From Setoptus koraiensis (lineage: Eukaryota > Animalia > Arthropoda): a DNA stretch of 64,000 nucleotides. Made by a program: the position numbers and the translations under genes. This document shows, piece by piece, positions 10,819-25,814 of the stretch (position 1 is the first letter of the stretch; each line of letters starts with the position of its first letter). A model generated the notes under the pieces. The model did no database searches and was not told the DNA's origin. It saw only the letters and a list, made by a program, of their open reading frames with translations. The DNA lies in NCBI GenBank assembly GCA_048013815.1, contig CM106585.1, forward strand, positions 15,934,001 to 15,998,000, in the 5' to 3' direction.

Positions 10819-13800
10819 TGATAATTAATTGGTCCAGTCCAACATACTGTATAATATATAGTGCAGGACGGACGATATATACGTAAATATCCTGATGTTA
10901 TTACTGCATATAATAACAATTTGTGTGTTATTTTTGGAAACGAATCGCCACAATTAACGAGATTTGTACAGTAGTCACTATCTATTGCGTAACTACTCAC
11001 AAGACCAGGATACAACAGGCGCTACGCCGCGTTACCATCATTAATATTATGCAATTGTCAATGTTTAACGATGTGTGCAAGGTGAGCCCACGGCGAGCAA
11101 AGGAGAGCAAATGCAGCCACAGAATGGCAATGGAAATCATTAATTCAATGCAAAAGGTCATGAATGGTACCACAAATGGTCGCAATTGTTTGCTGCACTG
11201 ATAGAGCGCAAATGAGATGACCAGTCAACACCAGTTGCAATTATATTGTATAAGACACTGAGGGGCAACCAATCGATTTTGCCAATGAGTGGCAGTGGCA
11301 GCAATTCACAAATGCAGCTGACACACAAGCACTGAAACATAATCAATTGAGACGATGATGACGACGAGCAAAAAGTGAGTTAGTCATTATGAAACGATGC
11401 ACCGAGAAACAACAAAATACATGAGCGTTGGTCAGTGCGCTAACATCAATTGCAACCATTTTGTGTAAACCCGGATCTCTCGTCTTATGCAACTGTTACA
11501 CGTAAACGTGTCTGTGTGTGCATCGGTAGCCACAGAACTGGCCAAAAAACTAAATTGGCCAGCAGAAGCTATTGATGTCCATGATGTTACAAACAAGTAC
11601 AACTAAATAAGTAGCACGGCTACCTGTAGTTGAACAATCTTGCAGCGTTCATTGTTCGGCAGCCTCTTCACACTGGACAAGACACAGTCAACTGAAGGAG
11701 CGTGCGATGTTACATCACAGGCCATGGCCTACCGCATCTTTATCGGGCATCGTCTATTGCTGCTGTACAGTTTCAGTATATAGTCATCCCTGGGACCCGA
11801 CGAAAGAATGGCCGCTAATCGGTTGTTGCGGCAGCTCTGATTGAATCGGTGCAGCGGTCAAATGGTTCAGTCTGTTGCCAGACAACACAACACAATACGG
11901 CATCAATTAATTGCGCCATACATACAACACTCATTAATTAAGTTTCATTACGGAAACAACAACAGCCATCTAAATCCGTGTAGCTCAAAACAGGGACAGA
12001 TGATGAGGAGCTTGTAATGCGTCATGTTTGGCTTGTTCGGCCAAGTCGATCAATCGCAGGCCATCATTCAAACCAATGACTAATGACTAAAGTCACCTAT
12101 GGCGACAATGCAATCAGTCAGCCTGCACTCGCTTGTGGCTCCGTGTATCAATATTTCAAGTTGCCTATAAGTGTATTAGGCAGTAGCAACTGGCTAATCT
12201 GTTTGATGTACATGACGACGGAGATGGTAATCATTACCATTTGTACATTGAACTACTACTAATGATAACTTACAGATCGTCGTCATCAAAAGAGCAACGG
12301 AAATTATCATCAATGATCATTGGGTACGACCGACAACGAAACGCTATATGATTATCTCAGACCCTCGGTGCCCACCTCACAAGAACACACCACATACACA
12401 AGTAAAATGATAACGCATGACACCTGACTAGCGGTTATTGTGTGCAAACTCGTGTTTTGGCACGGGCAACTTTTTGTCGGCAACCCAAAACTCAATTAGG
12501 AGGCGTGACTTGTGATAGTAGAGAACAACTAATGGTCATTATTGTGTGATTATGTTCTTGTCGTATCGATCATCTGTTACACACAGTTGATAATAATAAT
12601 AATGTCCGAGCGAAACAGTAGGCAATCAGGGGCACTATCTGTTGTTTCCTCAACAACAGATGATGATGATGATGACGACGAACAGATCATCGCCAGCAGT
12701 TCACCGTCACCTATCATCGAAGTTATCAAAGTGGCTGTAGATGAACTAAAATGATAATCATTCAGTATCCTACTTTTATGTCCATACTGGTCACCATATT
12801 GCAACTGAACTGTACCTAGATGGTATCATTTGCATGCTAAACCTTGGTGTCTTTTACAACAACAAAACTCGTGAGTTTACGTTTGTTCGTTACTATTAAA
12901 CAAAAACGTTTGAATTAACTAATCAACAACAACTGTAACTCTATTTTGATCTTGTATTGAGATATCGGGGTAACAGTTAATCACTACATAGCGATTATTC
13001 TCTTGTTCTTGATCCGCTCAAAGGCCAATATGAGAGATAAGACTTTGGGCTCGATTCTGCGCTGATTCCTTCTTTTTGGTTGCTCTCTTTTTCTTACATT
13101 ATATACTATTGTTCGCTCGTTTAGCTCTATACTCAGACTGTCTTTTTCTTTCTTTCTCTCTCTGTCTGCTGTTCGATACCAGTCGCGATGTAGACTGGTG
13201 GCGCGCTGGCTTTGATTTACTAGCCTTGTCCATCTATATGTCTGAGACATTGATCTGCATCCCAGAGGGGGGTGCAGACTACTACTACATCAAAGTTGTT
13301 GCTGCTCACTATAATCTACTTCGATTCTTTAACTGCATATATGAATATGGCCATATTTGTAGCCAGTGCAACTAAACTAACACTGTAAGTGAAAGCTGGC
13401 ATCCTCGCTTTCAATACTATAAATATTATATGTGCTCTTTGCAGCGTCAGTTTCGCTAATCCTATTGTTGGCCAATTACAGCCTATGGGCACTATGAGAT
13501 CGATTTCAGACCATTTAACCTCTGGCCAACTTGGTCCACCTTTTTGATCCAATTTCGCGCTATAGTATAAACACACCACCATTTGTTTACAAGTGCCGAG
13601 ACCATTGGCGAACGAACATGTTTATAATGCAAAATGAGTCATATTAATTGATTGGCAGTGTGTGCTGTAATTGTGATTATCGGCCAACTATCGCCATATT
13701 GCAGTTTATAAGCCTGGGGCGATTTCATGGGCTGCTGTTGTTGTCTGTTTATGTTGGTTGTCATTGTGACTGCAAGACAACTTGCATATCATATCATAAT

Positions 13801-16800
13801 AATTGATACTGATGACGTATCAAGAGTGATAAGTTGGCCGAAATTTTGCATGATAATAATAATGGTGATACGATATTGATACATCCGTTTGTTTCGCCAG
13901 TGCAACAACAACAACGGCAACAATAAAACAACAATTACTGCTGATAATAAGCGATGATTTGATGTAGTGTAAATCGATTAGTTATTGCTACTAATAATCA
14001 TTGGAAGTTGCCCTTAAAAAATGATGATGATTGGGCGGCAATAAATCTAGCAAAAGCGAACAATACAATACGATTCGTCGGTCTGATAATAGTAAGCAAT
14101 AGGACCCATAAAAGTGATTATGACTACACCGATCGATAAATCTCTCTCCGTATAACAATCTATGACTTGCCTCTGGCTGACTTGTGAGATGACTTGCACT
14201 CGTCATTTGTTTCGAGCGTCTGCGTTCCTAGCGGAAAAAATCAGGTACAAATCAAGGTATCATCCAACTACTACTACTACTTTTCATGTAACATCATCAA
14301 TTATCTATCACTATTATCATCATGTTCAATCCATTTTTTGCGCGCTCTCCACGTGCAAACACAAATTCGGTTGTTGTTGGTGCCTCCGTAGCGCGGCTAA
14401 TAACTGATAAGAAGTCAACGAGTTCTTCTTCATTTGCTCTATGCACGCGATTGATACACTTGCTTATCAACCAAACCATCATTCGTATCATTTACAGTTA
14501 GTGAAGTGTGCTAGAACACAACTTTTACTCTTTCAACTTGATAGGTATACCTGATTCCGTGTTCGAAGCACCTGATTTTGGCGCCTGTCTTTTTGCCGGG
14601 TTTCTAACTTATTTATAGACATGTGATGGCTGCTAGCGCGCACTAGCGCGTACGTGGCAAAAGCCAGATATTATCACAATAGAACATATTCAGCAACTTG
14701 TATTCGTTGGCAGAGATGATGTTTTTGCGGTGATCAATAACAAAAGACCAGTCCATTTGCATCTCATACAACTACCCACTAAATGATGTTTGTGGTGGCG
14801 GTGGTGGTGGCAACCACAAGACAAAACAAAATATTGGCAAAATTTGCGGTCACAGTTGCTTTCGCTTTGATAGCGGGTAGCGCTTCTGTGTTGGCAATCA
14901 TTAGAAAGCTGAACCGGTCATCGACCTAAATCTTATACTGAATCTCGTTGTTGCTCGCGCAAATATATCATATCTATGACCAGTGAGTGATAGTGTGGTG
15001 AGCGTATATGTTTCTTCTTACTTGTTCTTGTTCTTTTGTTTGTTCGGACATGTACAACAGCTCTCAACTTGATTGTTTTATACGCGGTTTTCTTGCTGTG
15101 GCCGTTTTGTTCTCTCCATATCATCCTGTCTGTTCGCCTATCGCCGATATATAAAATCTAGGAGCAGAGATCATCGTTTTTTCGTCGCTTCAGATAATGA
15201 GCCAAATGTAGAGATGTGTGCAGTATATAATTGATTATCTTTTATATTGGTTGGATTTTCGATACACTCAACAACCGTCTGGCTGAACACTGTTCGGAAC
15301 CGACATAAAAAACTTATGCCGACCACGTGTTACACATATACCTGGTCTGTAATTTTGTATATAAATATCCTATCATTATTACTGTCAACGGTTTTCTTTC
15401 GGTTTTCCTCTGCAGAAAAATGTCCTCCAAGATATTAAGTATAACTTGTAACAACTTCATTGTGCAATATAAATGGGTCAGCGATGAAAAAGATAGATAT
15501 TGAATAGATACAACAGCGATAATATAAAAAATAATAATAAAACAACAACAATAACCCGGCGCATTGATTGGGCGGTCCCACCTTTGCGAACAGTAGCAAA
15601 CAGAAGGGTACCTCCACGCCCATTGCCTCAACATTATCCACGCCCTCGCGGGTATAGATTAATTAGTCTATTGGATATTGGATAGACACCAGAATTGTCT
15701 GATACACAAACAGTAGCTATTGGCGGCAGCGCGTATCGCTTGATATCTAGCTGAAAATATTGATCTAGTTCCCATGGTTGCATCATCAAACAGCTGCCCG
15801 AAGCTAACTTTATGGTAATGCTGGTAGTACTGTGGCATGTAAGATTTCACTGTGCAAAAGTATCGAAATAACAACAAAAATGTTATATAATGATAGAGTA
15901 GTTCTGGATCTGCATCACCTTTGATCTCTGTTCCTGATCAACAATCTAGCAGCTTATTAAGATTGAAATCGCAGCAGCAGCGGCAGCAGCAGGTGCTAAC
16001 AACGCTCGCTGATTGTATTGACCGTTGGTCAGCGCACATGATTGTCTAGGCCGTCGAGTGAACAAAAACTGTGCCCAGTTTATTCCGTCCGTTGTTGCGT
16101 CAAACTATAATTATTCAGGGATTGATGATTTGATGTTGCCCGGTTGGCTCGATAACAAACTAATGGTACTTGATAGTGAACATATGACAACAGCAAGGAT
16201 ATGGTTATCATTAAAGTATCCGGGAACAAACTATGCGCCTATTGTGCGGCCGCACTTTACATTTGTGCTCTACTAACTAAGATTCATGTCACCAATTTCA
16301 ACTGGCCTCTAGTATATAATCATGTACGCTATCATTAGAAATGGTAAACTGCAACCACTATATGCTTCGAAAGGACAGTAGTGGTCGAAGTTTTTCAAGT
16401 ATAAACTCCCTCACTCACTGAGGAGTCGTTGTTGGGTTTTGTTGGTTGGACAGCATATGTTTGATACGAGTATAAACACGAGTTAAACTAGAACAAATAC
16501 GGCAACTGTAACATCCAGTTGGTTGCTGGTGTGGTTGCGGATCACCCACAAGCAAGTGAGCTACAGCGAAGTGTAGTTGTGTGGACACGCCTATTGTGGC
16601 GCCACAATTGACCGCAAATTGTTCACCACTAATACACACAGATTTAAGGTAGATCCTCATCATCATCGCAGGTATATTGGGGTGATGGTGCCAGTCGGTG
16701 CCGAGGTTTTGTGTCTAGCAATGAAAGTGAGAAACATAGGTGATTGTTTGTAGAAAAGTCTGAGTTGTTTGACTGACGTATCTTCATCGACCAATAACTT

Positions 16801-17616
16801 TCAAGATACTGAGGGAGATGGATTTATTTTAAAAGGTTTCGTCCGCGCGTGTGAGTGACAAGCTTACAATATTTTAACAACAAGCCTGTTGTTGTTGTTG
16901 CAGTATATTCTTGTTTCAGTATCAAGTGAAACAGGTAGTAGCGGATTAGATTGGTAGTCGTGATCTAATTGGCTCTAGCGTGCAGCCAGTCAATAATGGC
17001 GTTTAATATCGTTGCTCAGTTTACTACTGTGGATATGATCATCAATAGACGGTCGCTAAACTGCCCAACAGCACATAAGTGTCTGCTGTTGGAATTATCT
17101 TTAAAACACTGACCACTGGTAGCTGGTTGATATTTATATCTCATTATCGTTAAGCAATGCGGTGCACTGGCTATAAGTTGCATAAGAGCTACAGTGCAGA
17201 TTGGCACAGGTAGAATTGGCAGAGGATAAGCCGGATCTCGAACGTCACGTCGTTCACTGCACCGAACTGACCAGTTCGCTTGGCTGCGTATATGCGATCA
17301 TGATTGAATATTGAACATATAGACACCTGTGCACTTGTGGTCAACAAGTTGTGGATAAGAGGTCTGATTATGTTGCCGGTACATTGCAGAAAACTTGCCC
17401 ACTGATTGCCGGCCAATCATTCACACAAGTTGTTAGCCTTGTCTGGTGCGCTCGCTTCACAATGTGTGATATTCGTATTATGGCTGACATAGTTTTGGCG
17501 CTTAATATTTTGAATTATGCGCAATTATAAATGATGTCGGTGCAATAAATTCGATCTGCACATCGCCATCTTTTTCTATATGAGGCGAGAGGTACTGCGA
17601 GAGGCTTGCACGATGG

Positions 17617-17618
<2 letters not shown>

Positions 17619-17677
<59 letters not shown>
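17619..17677. repeat. (GT)~29 microsatellite
   Basis: Uninterrupted GT run ~250 nt upstream of dysf exon 4. Confidence 0.95.
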
Positions 17678-17678
<1 letters not shown>

Positions 17679-17925
17679 CCTAACAATACTGACGATATCA
17701 CGCTATAAAATAATTTGTCACAATCATATCACATTAAATGATGCGGCGATCGCTTGAATCAAGTCAGGTCAATTTATTATTACAACGTACAGCAAAACAA
17801 ACAAACCAAATAACCTGTTGATGGGCGACTATCGTATTATTATTATTTTTGTAAGGTAAATAAGGTAAACGACAAACTAACATATCATCAATATCTCATT
17901 ATGCCCATTCACATCATGACATCAG

Positions 17926-18344
17926 GAGGACCTACTGATTCACGGAGACAGTGTATATGATATAATAGAAAGCAAGGATCATGCCACCATTGCGGCAGAG
18001 CTTTCCACAGTTTCACCTCACGCTGCACAACCGGCTACCACCACCTCTAGAGTATCTCAACACCAGCAACTAATGCCCTCATCAGACACCAGATTGTTCT
18101 TATGCCGAATGAATGTATCACGTAATGCACGACGTCAAATGAGATTCGGCGACCAGAAGGTGGTCTTGGTTGAAGGACACTATTACAGTTATTTACCATT
18201 GTGCTCCAGGAATGAGCCAGTATTTTTGGCCACATGCACACCGGTTGCCATGCCGGAGACTAGAGAATGTGTTGTCCAAGGAAGCACAAACGTATTTACC
18301 TCCATCCATTCTATGGACATGAAATACATCTATTTGGACCGAAT
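17926..18344 (+). CDS. dysf: dysfusion/NPAS4, exon 4 (PAS-A end to PAS-B start)
   Basis: atcag|EDLLIHGDSVYDII..RLFLCRMNVSRNARRQMRFGDQKVVLVEGHY..CSRNEPVFLATCTPVAMPETRECVVQGSTNVFTSIHSMDMK..DR|gtaagt (phase 2). Confidence 0.95.
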
Positions 18345-19230
18345 GTAAGTAGTGCCCATCATTTGCTATATTCAATTTCACCGGCCACATGCCGGCCGGC
18401 CGGCCATTAGCCGACGAGCCAACGAAAATTGATTGTTTGACATTTTGGCTGTTGTTGAACAGTTGAGTGTGATCATCATCCAAATGTGCCGCTGAATCAA
18501 TTTCAATCATACTTATCTCTGTCTGTCTCTTTATCTCATTGGGAGATGATCACAAGTGCAGCACAAATCAGTCGTTCCAGTTCATATAATTATGACAGGT
18601 CGGCTCGGCTCGCCAGTTCTGTGCGGTGTAACTGGCAGAAGCACACAACCATCTAGGTCGTATATGTTTATCCAGTGCCACTCCGAGACACTATCGATTT
18701 CCACCTATTCCTATATGGGCTTTTGTTTTTTATCGATTACGTTTTGCTCACAAGTATTTATAATCAATCATTCTGAGCTTCTCTCACTTCTTTATAGAGT
18801 GATACTGTTGTTGTTCTCCCGAGAACACTGCTCTACGGCTCTTGATAACAATATCTCCCTGCTCAGCGGAGTCAGTTGTTAACTGTTCACCTCAGCGCGC
18901 TGGGCTAAATACACCCTAGATTGGAAAAAAGTTGAGTCATTTAAACAAATGCTTGCTTGGCATAGTTATGATCATGCTTATAAGTGAAAACTGCCTAGTG
19001 CTGTTGCTGTTCTCGTTGTTTAATTCCTAAATGAAATACAATTAAACGGATATTCAAGCAATCTGATAATCTAATATACACCACACATATACCAAGAGAG
19101 TTTATACGATAGTTACGAGGGCTAGTTAAGCAACTATGGTCATTCAAGGAAGTTCAAATTGCGTAAGCAAATAAGATTCAAAAGAATGATGCTTACGAAA
19201 GAAGCAGCCTTATAGATGCAATGCACTGAA

Positions 19231-19233
<3 letters not shown>

Positions 19234-19268
<35 letters not shown>
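19234..19268. repeat. (GA)~17 microsatellite
   Basis: Uninterrupted GA run in dysf intron 4. Confidence 0.95.
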
Positions 19269-19271
<3 letters not shown>

Positions 19272-22200
19272 TGGTTTTACTCCATCTAATCAATTCTGAT
19301 TATTTATCTAATCAGCAAGCGGTCGCCTTACCACTTCTAAGCTCGTCGTCGTTATTTCAAGTCTACCAAAGATAACAGACAGTTGAAGTTGGATGAGCGC
19401 ATACGCACTCACACACATACATTAATTCAAGTTGGGTAGAGAATTGAGCATATTAAAGAGATATTTAATCAATCTTTCGAAATTAGTGGTTAAACTCTCA
19501 GCGAACTACCAGCTCGCTGACTGCATTATATGCAGAACAGGTTGCAATTCAAACAATCATAATTTTTAATGTCTTATATGTGTGTGCAGCCATAGTTCGC
19601 TCACATCTGATGACCTGGTTATAAACTACTACTACTGATAATGTGCGATATGGTATTATCTCAGATAATCTAGTCTCGTATAAGCAGCTGTTTCAGCTTT
19701 TAATAGTTGACTATTAATGTTAAATCCAGATTGAACTAATTGCTAAAGAAGAAGAATCTTCTCCTCACACAATAAATTAGTATAATTTCGCTCTCAGTTG
19801 TAGTGTTGTGACAGGTGCTAGTTCTTAGCGTGATAATTTGACACAAGCTTGCAACAAGTTATCAAATGGATGCTTACTATTGGCATAGAATGAGCCGCGT
19901 CGGTAATAAAAAACCATGATCTACTGTGTGCAACTTAACTAATGGTTTCATACTGCTTACTATAGAATCCTATAACCGAGTTGGCGCTTCAATTGGAAAC
20001 CATCTTGGATGATTATAGTTCATTTTACAATGTTATAAATTTCATCGACCCTACTCTTTCCGACATGCTCTTCTAAACTGCTGTTGCTATAGTATGGGCT
20101 CTACTCCAATATCCCAGAATCTTCTTTTAACTCAAGTCCATTCGAGAGTTCTTTTGCATTCTCAATTTGAGGGATGTAGATGTTTTTATACCGAAGTCTG
20201 GACGAGAATACATGAACGTAGATAGAATAACCATGAAAAGTTGATTCAACAACCGAAACAAATAAATTATCAATAACAAGTTTGTTTGGCTGATAGTCCA
20301 TTCAAAGTCATTGAAGAATTAGTTTTGAGTAATCCTGTATGTATTAGATGATGCTCTTGAATTGTGTTGCAGTTGTCCCTTTCCGTCATGCTGCATAGTT
20401 GTATGAGTTGCTGTTGACCATCATTATCTAGGATATCGATTGTGTCTTGGCGTATGATGGCGTGACTCTAAGCAATCACTGCTGCTGAGCTAGCTCACAG
20501 GTACTATAGAAAATAATAATGATGTAGCCAGCTACACTTAAGAATCGATAATCAATACTCGGAGTGATAGTAGCGATTTAGTTCTCGTTCACAAGTTGCT
20601 CTGCAACCGCATCTGTAGCTTATTGTGATTAGCAGAAGAGAAAAGGTTGTTTGAGCTATCATCTGAAAGATAAGTTCATTAAGATTCATTGACTAACAAT
20701 CTTCATTTCATCCTACCATGGAATTGAATGCAAACCACAACCTCTTGCCGAGACACTACTATCTTCACTAGTTAGTGCAGTGAGTTAGAAGATGTGTAAT
20801 CTCGCTGGAGAATCTTCGTCTATAATCGTAGCCGAAATTGGTTAGATAATGATCTATGTTCTGTGTCCATTATCAATTCGGCTGCATTTGCAATGACGAA
20901 TGCGGCTGAATTGTATCTATTATAGTTTTTGTGTTACATAGGAGACCATGGTTGGCAGCAGATACACAAGTTTATTGTTGGGGGAGCACAATTTACAGGA
21001 GAGCTGCCTCTCATGGCAGTCACACAGGCTTACAAGTTACAACAACAGGTTAGAAACGAATGCAGAATCTGATATGATCAAACACAATCAATGTAATTTT
21101 AGAACTTTGCCATTCGTCCTATATTGGCAGCTCTCCTAGGTTTATCCATTCATGAGAAGAGATACATCTTAGAATGGACGAAAAGTAAGCTAAGCATCAC
21201 TATCGAGCTAGACGCTCCATGAATGATTCCTATTTGTTGGGTAGGCTTGCTCCTTGTTGATGGCAATTAGATTTCTAGTTTTGAAGATTGGAAGAGTGGT
21301 CATATGAAGCATCAGTAAGGAGACGTTGATTACTATTTGAAATAGATGGCAAAGAAAAATCTCAAAAAGAGCCTGATAAAAAGGCCAAGAGAATAGCGAA
21401 GCTTATATATATATATATAATTACGATTATGTTCGAGCAAGCCGGACCAAGTCCGCAACAACAAGCTTTGCCTCAATTATGTAGCAAGGGTGAGATGTAG
21501 CAGAAGATAGCAGCAACTATACTTATGTTGAGCTGAGAGTAGTAGAAATAGACTAGTCGGCAAACAGCCTACGGAACCGCTCAGTCACGACTTTGAGCGA
21601 GACAAGTTTCTAGTTGTTGTTAGCTTCATCCCTACGAATGAAGATGATTCCTTTTGGCCGCCATCATTGCAAACTCTTGTCTTTTCAAATGTGTCTAAAT
21701 AGAATAGTCTCCTTGTTGTAGCGTAAAGTTGGCTGGCTCCGGACAGTTTGATGGCAACCGATGCTCACAATGGACAATGGAGCATTTAAACACAGATGCT
21801 TGCTTTTGCGGCGACGACGACGATATGAGAAATGATCAGCTGTATATGACATGATGAATACAACAACAGTGGAAGAGAAAAAAGATTGCCACTTTGCTGG
21901 TCATGTTGTTTGTAACATTGACTTGTTTTGTTTTATTGTTATCCCACCACAAAAATAATACAAACTACATGTTTACAAAACGAACATACAAGTCTGGTTA
22001 TACAGTAGTGTATGGTCATTATAGGTGCGGTGACTGTTCGTTGAACCTATAGCGAGCCTTTTTATTTAGATCACTCAGATAGATGGGTAAACATAAGCAC
22101 TGTATCACAATGAAATGAATGATCCTATCGATGTGATCAGAATCGAATAGACGGTTTTTGTGGTGAATTATGATTCTTTGTGTGAGTAAGCGTGATAGGA

Positions 22201-23578
22201 ACTATAAATTAGCAAGTGTTTGATGATACTGGTTCATCATTCATCTCGATGTAGATCATCATTGCTATTGAGACACATTTTATACAACAGCAATGGTGGT
22301 GGTACATGTTTGTAATGTTAGCGGCAATGTCAAATTGCCGCCATCATCATCATCAGCCAAACTGAATAGGATCCGACGTATCATGATCAAATGTTGTTTT
22401 CAGTCGTGTAAACTTGAAAATCGTGAGCTCCGATCACGTGTTGCTCCAACTTGTGTGATCGAAAACGAAAATTAATAGTAGTTTCAATAGTGAGGGGGGA
22501 GAGAGAGTTTTACAACGTTTTCATTGCGCGTGGCTATTTCGAGCACCACACCATGCTGTAATAAACACTAACTGATAATGGTCAAGTCCCAATAGTAGAG
22601 AAACGTTTACAATTGCGGCTTCGATAACAATCATCAATGAGCCAGTACATGCCTTTAGACAGTTTCATAACATAATTACATCAATACGTTACATTATTTC
22701 TCTGATTCGCCGTTCAGCAACTGTTTCACCTCGTGGGCTTCATTTGAAAACGAATGACCATGATGATATATGAGCATACAATGTATTACAAATCTAATTT
22801 GTTCCATCTCTCCGTCTGTTGTTCGAAACACGATAACGGAACTCATCGTCATTTGCTTCATTTGTTTTTGCAACTGGTGTTGATCTTGAATTGCCGTTGC
22901 TGATGCTGCTGTTGTATAAGAACGTCCGAAGGAGATGGCACGATAATCATCATGATTATCCTGACCTCTATTAATTGGTCATGAAATAAGAAAAGTCGTG
23001 CGACGACTACAAGAACAACAAAATCGATGCTGCCGTCATCTATGATATGATGGCGTTGATCGTGATAAAGTTTTAGTTCAGTACGCGCCATTCTCTCTAT
23101 CATTCAATATCACCGTTTAGTGTGTATACGAGTGTAAGCGTAAGTGTAATAGAGGGAGAGAGTCTGTTAAATCTCGCTAATAAAATGGAATATATTTCGG
23201 ATTATGTATATCACGACATCGGAAAAATTAGTTTAAAAGAAGGTATAATAAGCGAAAGTATACACTTCTCGATGCCGCTGGATGCTATATCCATACAGCT
23301 AATATACTAAACAGTTATATGTACATATGAGTCTATTGTAACTGGTCATATCGACCGACCGTGACTACCGCCGCGCACTTACAATAGCACTTACTAATGC
23401 TATTGGGTATAGAGCGCGAACGAGAACCATATGGGCGCTTTGTGATCCTACCAAGGTCAATGAACTATCTTTTTGTATCAATATACCACCGAGCTTGACA
23501 TTCAATTTTTATTCCTGCTACAATATCTAAATATCTATCATTTCTGCTCTAAATTATATCAATTCTGCAACCATATAG

Positions 23579-25814
23579 TGGCGAATTCCATCTAGGGTTT
23601 AACAAAAATCAGATCCATGGAACATCATGGTACGAATTAATTCATCATGAGCACTTGAGAGATGCACAATTGAAGCATAAGAGAATAACTCAATCAGATC
23701 AGGAACGCTCGACAATACTTTTGTTGCGTCTACAGAACAAAGAAGGACAATTCGTTTGGTTGCATTGTGTTCTCCAGGTTAAAGACGCAAGCGATAGTGC
23801 AAGTCAGGCAGTTATAGTTTGCACTAATCAAGTTTTGAGCGAACGAGAAGCTCAAGTTATGAAAGCCAATTCGTGGTTGTATCAATTCTATTCGTTACAT
23901 TCGAAGATGCACTACAATATGGCCGTGCCAACACCTACAGGCTCTGAGCATCAACAGCAAACAACAATCGCTTCAAACAATCTTGATTCTGATTGTACTC
24001 TGACACCATTGGCGGTCACATCTAGCGTATCTTCCGGTGCACAAATGGTGAACAATGATGGCGACCACGAGCAGCAGCACAGCCATCATTTGGGATCCTA
24101 TGAAACAAAAGGCGACGACACATATGAGCACTCTCATCATAGGCCAGGCGCACAACAATTAGGCACCATTGATTCGAATAGTATCGACGGAGACGAAGAC
24201 AAACATCAGATAATGCTAGGAATCAAATCGCACCAACAACAACTACCCGACATATCGGCAGCTACAGGAACAGCTCAAACGCATCCGATGGTAGAACAGA
24301 ATTCTTATCAAAATCAGCAACATATTGGCACAGCGCCGAGTAACAGATCGGCATCAGCGACCTCTTTGATTTCATCAGGCAAGAGCATGCAACCACAGCA
24401 CCATCAACAAGTACAACAACATCATAACCGACGTCATAATGCTGCACATCATCATCGTTCATCTAGCAAGACATCCTCAACCAACGCCACAAATTCATCA
24501 TCAAATTCAACAACGTCATCGTCGTCGTCATCTTCATCATCGGCATCTAGTTCGTCGCTGTCATCAATGACCCAATCATTGCAACAGCATCACTTATCTG
24601 CTGTATCTCCGCCATCGTCGTCAGTTTCATCATCACATTCGCCTTTATCATCAGCGGCCTCGGTACATTCGTCTCACCAGATGACTTCTTCTCAACTATC
24701 AGCAACCCCAAGCAACCATAACCTCACTAACAGTATCTCAAATAATCACAACCAGCAGCAGCAACAACAACAGCAACAACTACATCATCTTTATCCTCAG
24801 CAACAGCAACACCTTCATCAGCAGCAACACCATCAGCAACATCATCAGCAGCAACTCCAGCAGCACCAGCATCAACAACACAGCAACCATCACCACCATC
24901 ACCATCAACAACAACACCAGCAACAACAACAGCATAACATGAGTCAATCTCAAAATTTCAATCTAAATCAGGGTAACCAGCAGCAACAGTTGCCAATTCT
25001 ATCTGGTCATCATCAACAACATATAGGACAACACCAACAGCTACTGTCTGCATCACCCCCTTCTATGGCGTCATCATCGCTAAGCTCAACTAGTGCTCAG
25101 TACAGTCCATTGAAGGCTTCATCTCAAGCGCCCGTCAACAACAATAACACCAATATTACAGGCGCAACAACTGGAAACAACCCTGGCGCTACACTATACG
25201 GCATGGACGGTGTGGAGAGCTTGCCAAATTTGCATTCAAATTTAGGAACAATGCCAGTGGCTGCAACAGCTACGGCGGCGGCTGCCGCTGCGGCTGTAGC
25301 TATGCATCATCCCCATCATCACAGCGCTAGACACAATCACACTACGACACCCGCCGCGGCCGCCCTATACGCCTCCCATAATATGGCGCCCATGTTAGCC
25401 GCTCATCACGCCCACCATAGTCAACATCACCACCATCATCATCCTTACCATCATCATCAGCACCATCATAGTCACCATTCTGCCAGTGCTGTGTCGCCTC
25501 ATCACACCCACCCTCACCATCACTCCCACTCCCACCATCACCATGCCCAGGCGGCGGCCATGTACGGAGGACAGTCGGCGGCCACAGCCGCGGCTGCCTT
25601 TAGTGCCTTCAATGTGGCCAATCACCATGTTGCGGCTCATCACGCCTATGGTAGCGCGGCGGGCTCGAATCATCACGGTCACCATCACGGCTCATCCGTT
25701 GCGGCCAGCTTGAATTCGTACCATCATTCGGCGGCTGCGGTCGCTGTGGCCCACCATCAAGGCGTCTCATTCCCGTACAACAACATTGCGGCAGCGGTCA
25801 ATGCCTCCGCCTAG
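23579..25814 (+). CDS. dysf: dysfusion/NPAS4, exon 5 (PAS-B and a long Q/H/S/A low-complexity tail)
   Basis: Acceptor atatag| at 23578 completes the phase-2 codon, then GEFHLGFNKNQIHGTSWYELIHHEHLRDAQLKHKRITQSDQERSTILLLRLQ..WLHCVLQVKD. Stop TAG at 25812-25814. Exons sum to 3072 nt = 1023 aa + stop. Confidence 0.93.

Noticed and set aside
16025-16276. 83-aa ORF in dysf intron 3
   Set aside because: No ATG start in the listed frame's 5' part, no recognisable motif; length expected by chance.
20040-20340. Coding-looking stretch in dysf intron 4
   Set aside because: All frames close quickly; no recognisable TE or host protein motif.
23122-23310. 62-aa ORF before dysf exon 5
   Set aside because: Not needed for the exon chain, since exon 4 joins exon 5 in phase; no similarity recognised.
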